Source of the DNA: a virus
Reading direction: 5' to 3' (one strand)
DNA: 35,948 nt
Virus record (IMG/VR): IMGVR_UViG_3300045988_055361
Shown here: positions 7,472 through 14,564 of the stretch, in pieces
Layout of the letters: every line of letters begins with the position of its first letter
Numbering within the stretch: position 1 is the stretch's first letter
Translations under genes and position numbers: made by a program
Notes under the pieces: model-generated
Seen by the model: the letters and a program-made list of their open reading frames with translations, nothing else
Database searches by the model: none
Told to the model about the DNA's origin: nothing

Positions 7472-7735
7472 ATGAAACTAAATGAATTATTAACTAACAT
7501 CAAAGGAAAAATTCCTATCATTCTAAAGATAAATGATCTCGAAATTGATGCTGTGACTTTTCGAGGAACTAAGTCATCTGTATGTTTATCAGAGGAATAT
7601 ACAAAAGGCAAAAAAACATACGGCAATGCAATCGTAACTAACGTTGGTATTGCGGAAGAAGCATCAGAACCTCATATTCTAATTGAGGCAGAAACCACAA
7701 CGTGGCGATGGACTAAAAAGGAGTGGATTAAATAA
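7472..7735 (+). CDS. Hypothetical protein (87 aa)
   Basis: ATG at 7472 preceded by GAGGTGG. The track ORF extends back to 7352. Confidence 0.5.
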   Translation: MKLNELLTNIKGKIPIILKINDLEIDAVTFRGTKSSVCLSEEYTKGKKTYGNAIVTNVGIAEEASEPHILIEAETTTWRWTKKEWIK

Positions 7736-7736
7736 C

Positions 7737-7892
7737 ATGAATAACTATTTAACAAAAAAAGTAGTCTACTTCACTTATCATCAGTTTTTGAACGAACTGG
7801 AAGAATTGAAAAAGAAATATTACGTTATTGGCTACACTGTCAAGTCACAAGAAAATACTGCAGATGTTCAGCTAATCGAAAAATATATATAA
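7737..7892 (+). CDS. Hypothetical small protein (51 aa)
   Basis: ATG at 7737 preceded by AAAGGAGTGG. Reads MNNYLTKKVVYFTYHQFLNELEELKKKYYVIGY... Confidence 0.45.
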   Translation: MNNYLTKKVVYFTYHQFLNELEELKKKYYVIGYTVKSQENTADVQLIEKYI

Positions 7893-8069
7893 AATATAAG
7901 TATATCCCTATATTGATATACCAATTAAAAAAACATTAGTTACACGGACTAATCAAAACGTGGCTCATAAGAAAATTCTATTAAATACCTATTTAGATTT
8001 TGTTTCTATAATCTCATTTTCAATATAGGGATTCATTGATATTTACGAATGATAAAGGAATGATTTTGA

Positions 8070-8255
8070 ATGAAAAAATTGAATAAAAACATGGCGTTAT
8101 GCCTTTTATCAGACATATGTATATTAGTTATTCTATTTTCTATGATAACAACAGGCAATAACTGGAATTCAATAGAAGTTAAAAGATACTTCTGCGGTTC
8201 TCTGTTCATGAATATGCTGTTCGTGCAGTATTTTCTTGTTACAGGAGGCAGATAG
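8070..8255 (+). CDS. Hypothetical membrane protein (61 aa)
   Basis: Two hydrophobic segments. Weak AAAGGA RBS. Confidence 0.4.
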   Translation: MKKLNKNMALCLLSDICILVILFSMITTGNNWNSIEVKRYFCGSLFMNMLFVQYFLVTGGR

Positions 8256-8256
8256 C

Positions 8257-8484
8257 ATGAAAACTATTAAAGTTTATGAAAAGATGTTGAAAGCAATGCT
8301 TGAATTGCTTTATAAAACAAGTGATTGTTTAGCTATAAAAATAGCATTGGCAGACATAAATATGGAAGAATATCCACCTTGCAATATGGGAGAATGTGAT
8401 GAAGCATTTTGTCCATGTTGCAATGCTAAAAATTTATTCAAATATTTAACAGATCAGTGGGAGTATGGAGAATATGATGATTAA
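8257..8484 (+). CDS. Hypothetical Cys-rich protein (75 aa)
   Basis: AGGAGG RBS at 8243-8248 and ATG at 8257. Carries a CNMGECDEAFCPCCN cluster. Confidence 0.5.
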   Translation: MKTIKVYEKMLKAMLELLYKTSDCLAIKIALADINMEEYPPCNMGECDEAFCPCCNAKNLFKYLTDQWEYGEYDD

Positions 8485-8822
8485 GGTAGATGAAAAGAAA
8501 TTAGATGCACTATTAGAAAATAAACAAAGTATAAAAGAATGGCTTAAAGAGGAAGATTAATTATATGGATATTATTGGAATATTACTCGTAGCAGTATCA
8601 ATAGTTTTGATAGCAATCGGATGCTTTTGGAAAGATAACTAAATAAATATAAAAAAATGGCTCGTGAAGTCGTTCGAGGGTGTCAGCACAAAACGCAATA
8701 CTTATAATATGACTTATAATTTCCCAATACTTTTACTGAAAATCGTTTCTCCTAATACTTAGTGTTGGCATTCTCAAACGACTTCATGAGTTAGATAACT
8801 ATATATAAATGAGAGGTAAAAA

Positions 8823-8993
8823 ATGGCAAAACTTGTGAAAATGAAGTACAAAACGCTCGGTGGTGATATAAAGGTCAACACGTATAATGCGACAATATCA
8901 AAAAAGATTGTGGCTGAATCTGGACTTGATCCTGAAAAAGAAATCACAGTGAAGGCAGAAAACGGAAAAATTATTATCGAGCAAAAAAAATAA
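8823..8993 (+). CDS. AbrB/SpoVT/MazE-like swapped-hairpin DNA-binding protein (56 aa; below the ORF-track cut-off)
   Basis: GAGAGG RBS and ATG at 8823. The segment ATISKKIVAESGLDPEKEITVKAENGKIIIEQKK fits the AbrB-type 'IPKxxxxxLGLxxGDxVxIxxxxGxIII' pattern. Confidence 0.55.
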   Translation: MAKLVKMKYKTLGGDIKVNTYNATISKKIVAESGLDPEKEITVKAENGKIIIEQKK

Positions 8994-9007
8994 AAGAATG
9001 GCAAAGA
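8964..9007 (+). repeat. Direct repeat, left copy (44 bp, 2 mismatches; 35-bp exact core 8973-9007) bracketing the modification cassette
   Basis: GGAAAAATTATTATCGAGCAAAAAAAATAAAAGAATGGCAAAGA. This covers the 3' end of the AbrB-like gene, its stop, a spacer and ATGGCAAAG of the next gene. Confidence 0.9.
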
Positions 9008-9936
9008 AATATGTGGTAAATTATATGGAAGAAAATGAATTATTACTATTCGACAGAATAGAAATGATAAAAAAGACAATCAAGAAATATGGAGAAGCAA
9101 ATTTCTATATTTCTTTTTCAGGTGGTAAAGACAGTACAGTATTACATCATTTAATTGATGAAGCGATACCTGATAACAAAATTCCTAGAGTATTCATTAA
9201 TACAGGGATTGAATACAGTGAAATACGGAAGTTTGTTGAGACATTAAAAGAAAACGATTGTAGATTTGTTATCTTCAATTCAGGAATAAATATAAAAGAA
9301 ATGCTAAATGAAAAAGGATATCCGTTTAAATCTAAAGAGCATAGTTGCAAGCTATCAATGTTCCAAAAGAAGGGAACGGAAACAAAATCTGTAAGTAAAT
9401 ATATCAACGAAAAGAGTTTTGGATGTCCTAAAATTCTGAAATATCAATTTACAGATGAATTTGATTTAAAGGTTAGCGACAGATGTTGCTACGAATTAAA
9501 GAAACATCCAATACAACGATATGAAAAGGAATCAGGAAGAAGCATTTCAATACTTTGCTTAAGAATGAGTGAGGGTGGTCAAAGAGCAAATCACGGAGGA
9601 TGTGTTGTGTTTAACAACAACCGTGAGTTGAAAAAGTTCAAGCCTTTAAATCCATGTGATGATGATTTTATCGAATGGTACATAGAAAGAAATGAGATTG
9701 AATTGTGTAAATTGTATTATCCACCTTACAACTTTAAGAGAACAGGTTGTAAAGGGTGTCCATATTCAATAAATCTTCAAGAACAACTTGAGGTTATGAA
9801 GAAATACTTCCCAAACGAGCGTAAGCAATGCGAATTGATTTGGAAACCTGTTTATGACGAGTACAGAAGAATCGGATACAGGTTGAAAAGCCAGCATTAT
9901 GATTCAGAGCTGTTTCCAGAAGGAGAATCTCAATGA
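8998..9936 (+). CDS. PAPS-reductase-family (PP-loop ATPase, DndC/IbrA-like) protein
   Basis: PP-loop SFSGGKDSTVL, and Cys clusters CCYELKKHP and RTGCKGCPYS. Confidence 0.8.
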   Translation: MAKKYVVNYMEENELLLFDRIEMIKKTIKKYGEANFYISFSGGKDSTVLHHLIDEAIPDNKIPRVFINTGIEYSEIRKFVETLKENDCRFVIFNSGINIKEMLNEKGYPFKSKEHSCKLSMFQKKGTETKSVSKYINEKSFGCPKILKYQFTDEFDLKVSDRCCYELKKHPIQRYEKESGRSISILCLRMSEGGQRANHGGCVVFNNNRELKKFKPLNPCDDDFIEWYIERNEIELCKLYYPPYNFKRTGCKGCPYSINLQEQLEVMKKYFPNERKQCELIWKPVYDEYRRIGYRLKSQHYDSELFPEGESQ

Positions 9937-10631
9937 AACTCTATAACATGAATTGTTTGAATTATCTGCAATCAGAACAATTCGTTAAAGACGTGATGGG
10001 AGGGCAACCTATTATTGTCACCGACCCTCCATTCAACATTGGGTATCACTATAGAACCTACAAAGACATGATGAAAGAGCAAGATTATTTAGACTTCCTA
10101 AATAAAGTGCTCACGATTAATAAAACTCCGTACGTTGTTATTCATTATCCTGAATCACTCTATAAGATTGCATTATTCAACGGTGAGACTCCTTCTAGAG
10201 TCTGCTCATGGGTGTATAACTCGAACACTGCTAAACAACACCGTGACGTAGCTTTCTTCGGTGTAGAGCCTAATTTTAAACAGGTGTTACAACCGTATAA
10301 GAATCCAACGGATAAACGAATTATGAAACGTATTGCGGAAGGCAAATTAGGATGCAAACTCTATGACTGGTGGAATATCAATCAGGTCAAGAACGTGTCG
10401 AAATCAAAAACAAAACACCCTTGTCAAATGCCTGTCGAGGTCATGAAAAATATCGTAGGTGTACTTCCTAAAAACTCCATCATAATCGACCCTTTCATGG
10501 GTAGCGGAACAACTGGTGTTGCTTGTAAAGAATTAGGGTATGAGTTTATCGGATGTGAAATTGATACAGAGTATTTCAATATAGCAAAAGAAAGATTGGA
10601 GAACATTTCGGTCGAAAAAAATCACGAGTGA
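9933..10631 (+). CDS. DNA methyltransferase, N6A/N4C beta-class (N6_N4_Mtase family)
   Basis: The catalytic motif IV (IVTDPPFNIGY) precedes the AdoMet motif I (IIDPFMGSGTTGVACKELGYEFIGCEID). The start overlaps the upstream stop. Confidence 0.85.
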   Translation: MKLYNMNCLNYLQSEQFVKDVMGGQPIIVTDPPFNIGYHYRTYKDMMKEQDYLDFLNKVLTINKTPYVVIHYPESLYKIALFNGETPSRVCSWVYNSNTAKQHRDVAFFGVEPNFKQVLQPYKNPTDKRIMKRIAEGKLGCKLYDWWNINQVKNVSKSKTKHPCQMPVEVMKNIVGVLPKNSIIIDPFMGSGTTGVACKELGYEFIGCEIDTEYFNIAKERLENISVEKNHE

Positions 10632-10635
10632 AAAA

Positions 10636-10679
10636 GGGAAAATCATTATCGAGCAAAAAAAATAAAAGAATGGCAAAGA
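10636..10679 (+). repeat. Direct repeat, right copy (exact core 10645-10679)
   Basis: GGGAAAATCATTATCGAGCAAAAAAAATAAAAGAATGGCAAAGA. It encodes an orphan ...KGKIIIEQKK* tail followed by a 17-codon MAKRTWNRLRRSMKKHE* stub. Confidence 0.9.
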
Positions 10680-10715
10680 GAACGTGGAACAGATTAAGAA
10701 GGAGTATGAAGAAGC

Positions 10716-10907
10716 ATGAATAATTCACATGTATTAACAGAGGTTAAAGACATTCTTGTCAAAGATTTCATTCCAAAGTACAAAACTATCGAACTAATTG
10801 AAAGCAGAGAAATATTTCCGTTCGGAAAGCCTATAGGCTTGTTTAAATTTGAAAAAGTAAAAAAAAGACTACGGAGACAGAAAAATTGTTTCTGTTATGG
10901 ATTTTAA
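10716..10907 (+). CDS. Hypothetical protein (63 aa)
   Basis: ORF with AAGGAG 11 nt upstream. No motif. Confidence 0.4.
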   Translation: MNNSHVLTEVKDILVKDFIPKYKTIELIESREIFPFGKPIGLFKFEKVKKRLRRQKNCFCYGF

Positions 10908-10949
10908 TGATACTCACACAACGTCAATAGTTATAGAGGTACTTAAATC

Positions 10950-11312
10950 ATGAGTGGTGGAAGTCATAACTATATAGCAAATGAGATAGACGAAGCATTG
11001 TTTGGAAATTGTATAGACAATCGTTACAAAAATGTTTGTGATGAAAAAATCGCGAGAATTGCAAGAAACTTGAATCCGATGTATGACAGAGAACTATCTG
11101 AACTCATGGCAGATGTAATGTGTTTGCTACATGGCTTGGAATGGTTCGATTCATGCGATATCGGAGAAGAAAAATATAAAGAGTGTGTGAACAAATTCAA
11201 GGCAAAGTGGTTTACGAGAACAGAAAAAGATAGATTGAATAGCTATCTTGAAGATTTGAAAAGCTATTATGAAGAGTTAGTGGAAGAGTTAAAGGAAAAA
11301 GAAAATGATTAG
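10950..11312 (+). CDS. Hypothetical acidic protein (120 aa)
   Basis: AGAGG RBS and a long ORF. No motif. Confidence 0.55.
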   Translation: MSGGSHNYIANEIDEALFGNCIDNRYKNVCDEKIARIARNLNPMYDRELSELMADVMCLLHGLEWFDSCDIGEEKYKECVNKFKAKWFTRTEKDRLNSYLEDLKSYYEELVEELKEKEND

Positions 11313-11336
11313 CGATGTACATTGAAATTACGATTG

Positions 11337-11363
11337 AAAAAAAGGTATTAAAACCCTTTTTTT
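11337..11363 (+). terminator. Weak A/T-rich hairpin with a T-run (possible terminator between early and late regions)
   Basis: AAAAAAAGG-TATTAAAAC-CCTTTTTTTT. The stem is almost entirely A-T, so stability is doubtful. Confidence 0.3.
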
Positions 11364-11431
11364 TGGTAATAATTAGAGTATAATTACAGTAGAGAAAGAG
11401 GGCAAAAAATGTTAGCAAAGGAGGGCAAAAA

Positions 11432-11635
11432 ATGGTATTTTCCAATAAAACATATGACATTCTAAAGTGGGTGGCACTTGTAGGGACAAACGCATTTTCA
11501 GCGTTAATTATCACGCTCGGAAAAATCTGGGGATGGGATTGTGCAGAAGCGATTGCAGGAACTATTTCAGCAATTGGTACTTGCATTGGTGCATGTTTAC
11601 AGATAAGCTCAGCAAACTACAACAAGGGCGAATAA
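11432..11635 (+). CDS. Holin (Dp-1-type holin family)
   Basis: 67 aa. KTYDILKWVALVGTNAFSALIITLG...AIAGTISAIGTCIGACLQISSANYNKGE resembles the Dp-1 holin (YDVAKNVV...AITGTIALLATFAGTVLGVSSRNYQK). It lies upstream of the endolysin. Confidence 0.65.
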   Translation: MVFSNKTYDILKWVALVGTNAFSALIITLGKIWGWDCAEAIAGTISAIGTCIGACLQISSANYNKGE

Positions 11636-11983
11636 ATGAATCCTGAAACAAGCGTAAGCATAGCATTACTCATTTCTTTGACATCACTTGCATGTACGTT
11701 AATAAATACATTTGCAGGTGGAAAAAAACGTCAGGAAGAACAGGCAGAGCGTGAAAAGAATAGGCAGATGGACATCGAAAAAAATTTTGTAAAAATCAAC
11801 GTGAAACTTGACGAATTCTATGATACGTCAAAGAAAATGATGGCAGAAAATAGTGAAAAGACTGAACAGTTGAAAAATGTATCAGAACAACTCGTCCTTG
11901 TAACGGAACGTGTAAAAACACTATATAAATACAAGGATGATCACGAAGCAAGAATCAAGGAACTTGAAGATAAGGTCAAATAA
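11636..11983 (+). CDS. Membrane-anchored coiled-coil protein, putative lysis accessory or second holin component
   Basis: N-terminal TM segment ([22 protein letters not shown]) followed by a charged coiled coil. It lies between the holin and the endolysin. Confidence 0.4.
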   Translation: MNPETSVSIALLISLTSLACTLINTFAGGKKRQEEQAEREKNRQMDIEKNFVKINVKLDEFYDTSKKMMAENSEKTEQLKNVSEQLVLVTERVKTLYKYKDDHEARIKELEDKVK

Positions 11984-11996
11984 GGAGGAACAAAGC

Positions 11997-13031
11997 ATGT
12001 ACGGTATTGATATTTCAAAACATAACGGCAATATTAATTTAGAGCCATATAAAGGGCAGTTTGTAATTATCAGGGTTGGATATGGTCACTTTCATCTGGA
12101 TGAAAAGTTTGAAAGAAACGTGGCTGAATGTAAAAGGTTAGGTATTCCATTTGGGGTTTACCATTATTCATATGCATTAAATGAAGCAGAAGCAGAGGCA
12201 GAAGCAAGAGGAGTGCTTAATGCAATTGCAAAATACAAGAATGATATCAAGGTTGGAGTATGGTTTGATATGGAGGATGCAGACGGATATAAAAAGAAGC
12301 ACGGCTTCAAGTTCTCTAATTCAACAATTGCGCCGATTTGTTTTAAGTTTTGTAAGATGATTGAGGATGCAGGATATTATTCAGGCATTTACACTTCTAG
12401 TTCATGGCTTGACTATGTAAAAGGTTTAAATGATAGATTTGATAAATGGGTTGCTAATTGGGGGAAGAATGATGGTACACAGCACACAAACACTTCTCAA
12501 TATGGAACATTACAGCAGTACACTTCTAAACCATTAGACAAAGATGTAATGTATGCAGACCTTTCAAGATATTCAAGAGGTAACACAACACAACCTCAGC
12601 CAAAACCAATTGATCAGATTGCTAATGAAGTAATTGCAGGGCAATGGGGTGATGGAGCTGACAGAAAGAAACGCTTAACCGATGCAGGATATGACTACAA
12701 TGCTGTTCAGAACGCAGTGAATGCAAAGCTGACAAAGAAATCTAATGAAGAGATTGCACAGGAAGTCATTGCAGGAAAGTGGGGCAATGGTGATGATCGC
12801 AGACAGCGCTTAACAAGTGCAGGATATAACTACACAGCAATACAAGCAATTGTTAGTAAGTTAATGAATGCTAACAAAGCAAGCGAAGCAGTATATTACA
12901 CTGTTAAGAGTGGCGATACATTAAGTAGCATTGCTTCTAAATACGGAACAACATATCAGAAGTTAGCAAAGATCAATGGTATTGCTAATCCAAACAAGAT
13001 ATATACTGGACAGCGTTTAAGAGTGAAGTAA
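11997..13031 (+). CDS. Endolysin: GH25 muramidase + 2 CW_7 repeats + C-terminal LysM
   Basis: GH25 N-terminus ([15 protein letters not shown]...VIIRVGYG...GVYHYSYA...WFDMED). Two CW_7 repeats ([34 protein letters not shown] / [34 protein letters not shown]). LysM segment ([30 protein letters not shown]...IYTGQRLRV). AAGGAGG RBS. Confidence 0.9.
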   Translation: MYGIDISKHNGNINLEPYKGQFVIIRVGYGHFHLDEKFERNVAECKRLGIPFGVYHYSYALNEAEAEAEARGVLNAIAKYKNDIKVGVWFDMEDADGYKKKHGFKFSNSTIAPICFKFCKMIEDAGYYSGIYTSSSWLDYVKGLNDRFDKWVANWGKNDGTQHTNTSQYGTLQQYTSKPLDKDVMYADLSRYSRGNTTQPQPKPIDQIANEVIAGQWGDGADRKKRLTDAGYDYNAVQNAVNAKLTKKSNEEIAQEVIAGKWGNGDDRRQRLTSAGYNYTAIQAIVSKLMNANKASEAVYYTVKSGDTLSSIASKYGTTYQKLAKINGIANPNKIYTGQRLRVK

Positions 13032-13411
13032 TGGCACAAGGCTATTATTCATGTAGTAGATGTGGGAAGATACATCCGAAAGGATATGTCTGTCATGTAG
13101 ATAAGAAGCACTACAAGTACAGCTACAAAGAATCAAGACTGAGAAGCAAGAGCGCATGGACAGAGAAGAGCAAACAGATTAGAGAAGATGCAAACTATCT
13201 ATGTGAAGTGTGCAAAGACAAAGGCATATATAACTACAGAAATGTAGAAGTACATCACATAGAGAAGTTGAAAGACAATCCAGACTTATGGTTGGATGAT
13301 GATAACCTGATATGCTTATGCAAAGACTGTCACAGGTTAGCTGATGCAGGAATGATTGACAAAGAGTATTTGAAGAAGCTAGCAAGGCAGAGAATAGACA
13401 GGCTTAAATGA
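13031..13411 (+). CDS. HNH endonuclease (terminase-associated type)
   Basis: CEVCKDKG...VEVHHIEKL...DDDNLICLCKDCHR, plus an N-terminal CSRCGK...C. Located just upstream of the cos/terminase region. Confidence 0.85.
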   Translation: MAQGYYSCSRCGKIHPKGYVCHVDKKHYKYSYKESRLRSKSAWTEKSKQIREDANYLCEVCKDKGIYNYRNVEVHHIEKLKDNPDLWLDDDNLICLCKDCHRLADAGMIDKEYLKKLARQRIDRLK

Positions 13412-13506
13412 TCCCCCCCATGGTAACGGGCATTGTCAGGTGTTACACCAAGATGAAACGCTCATACGCAAGAACACAAAAATAATAAAATACTAAGATT
13501 TTTTGG

Positions 13507-13551
13507 AAAAACGGCTAAATTAACGCTATAATGTGAGCATAAGCCGTTTTT
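13507..13551 (+). terminator. Hairpin (10-bp stem AAAAACGGCT/AGCCGTTTTT, 25-nt loop) with a T-run; possible terminator after HNH
   Basis: Stem arms at 13507-13516 and 13542-13551. The loop is unusually large and contains CTATAAT. Confidence 0.35.
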
Positions 13552-13639
13552 TGTTTCAAAAAGAAGCGAAAATCATGCGAAAGTGTTCCACGTGGAACAT
13601 GAGCGGGCGATATAAGAAAGGAAGGGAATAAAAATGTGA

Positions 13640-13768
13640 AACAAGAGAATCAATATCGTTTATAAGAAAGTCGATGACTTAATTCATTACGAGAACAATC
13701 CGTGAAACAATGATGAAGCTGTTGACTCTTAGGCTTGCTGATAACAAAGTCGGAGAAATTGGCTAAAA
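13640..13768 (+). pseudogene. Remnant of the 5' end of a ParB-domain (ParB-methyltransferase-type) gene
   Basis: Reads KRINIVYKKVDDLIHYENNP*NNDEAVDS*. This matches the canonical ParB N-terminus (Y-x-x-N-P-R-x-N-D-x-A-V) with TGA in place of the Arg codon. A frame change and further stops follow (..LADNKVGEIG*). There is no start codon. Confidence 0.55.
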
Positions 13769-13821
13769 AAGGCCTTAAATTAAATAAAAGCATCATGTGA
13801 TGGTTTGAAAAGGAGAATGAG

Positions 13822-14019
13822 ATGAAAATGACAAATAAGAACCTAAGTTTTAAAAGAATAGGTGCTTCAAGTGCTGCAAGTTGGGCTTGGGGAACATCTT
13901 TAATCATGGGACAACAAATAGCTCAAGAGAAAGGTATAATCGCATGGATTATATGGGCTGTTTGTAATACCTTAACGCTTGCATTATTTGGATGGCTATA
14001 TAACAATAAAAAAATATGA
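13822..14019 (+). CDS. Hypothetical 2-TM membrane protein (65 aa), possibly a truncated fragment of a larger membrane protein
   Basis: AAGGAG RBS 6 nt upstream. Reads GASSAASWAWGTSLIMG...IIAWIIWAVCNTLTLALFGWL. This is the first gene of the AT-rich block. Confidence 0.45.
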   Translation: MKMTNKNLSFKRIGASSAASWAWGTSLIMGQQIAQEKGIIAWIIWAVCNTLTLALFGWLYNNKKI

Positions 14020-14542
14020 AAATAAAAATATATTAGAACCTTTAGAAAATGTTAAATTTGTTGATAGAGATTTATTAAAACCAAATAATTACAACCCAAA
14101 TAAAGTATCAGAACAAAATCTTGAATTATTAGTTCAGTCTATATTAGTAAATGGTTGGACTATGCCAATAGTTATAAGACCTGATTATACAATTATAGAT
14201 GGTTTTCATAGATGGACTGTATCAGGTAGAGAGCCATTAAAAACATTATTAAAAAATAAAGTTCCAGTTGTTATTGTAGACCATAAAGATCATGCAGAAG
14301 ATGTTTATGGAACTATTACACATAATAGAGCGAGGGGAACTCATTTATTAGAACCAATGAAAGCAATTGTGAAAGAATTATTAGATGAAGGAAAATCAAC
14401 AAAAGAAATATGTAAGGAATTAGGAATGAAACCAGAAGAAGTATTTAGATTATCTGATTTCACAAGGGAAGATTTTTTAAAAATGATGATTAAGGATCAA
14501 AAGACTCATAATAAATCATATCAAATAAAAAATTTCAAGTAA
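13979..14542 (+). CDS. ParB/Srx-like nuclease-domain protein (IbrB-like)
   Basis: NYNPNKVSEQNLELLVQSILVNGWTMPIVIRPDYTIIDGFHRW...THNRARGTH. There is no in-frame ATG near the 5' end: TTG at 13979/13988 are the only candidates and there is no obvious SD. It overlaps the upstream ORF by 41 nt. Confidence 0.7.
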   Translation: MHYLDGYITIKKYENKNILEPLENVKFVDRDLLKPNNYNPNKVSEQNLELLVQSILVNGWTMPIVIRPDYTIIDGFHRWTVSGREPLKTLLKNKVPVVIVDHKDHAEDVYGTITHNRARGTHLLEPMKAIVKELLDEGKSTKEICKELGMKPEEVFRLSDFTREDFLKMMIKDQKTHNKSYQIKNFK

Positions 14543-14564
14543 AAAATTTATAGGAGGTGATAAT

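Noticed and set aside
8474-8641. Two very short ORFs: 8474..8560 (28 aa, MMIKVDEKKLDALLENKQSIKEWLKEED) and about 8565..8642 (25 aa, hydrophobic MDIIGILLVAVSIVLIAIGCFWKDN).
   Set aside because: They are too short to support from sequence alone. They are plausible micro-proteins but were not listed as features.
11398-11434. Tandem duplication of GAGGGCAAAAAATG (11398-11411 and 11421-11434) upstream of the holin, considered as a dual-start holin/antiholin motif.
   Set aside because: The first ATG (11409) is in a different frame and gives only an 18-codon peptide. Dual-start holins use two in-frame starts. It may still affect translation initiation, but the sequence gives no support for that.
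13640-13732. In-frame TGA and TAG inside a ParB-like reading frame, considered as possible stop-codon reassignment.
   Set aside because: Every other gene in the window terminates normally with TAA, TAG or TGA and translates sensibly in the standard code. The TGA replaces a conserved Arg, not Trp or Gly. The frame also shifts and is truncated. This is a pseudogene remnant, not recoding.
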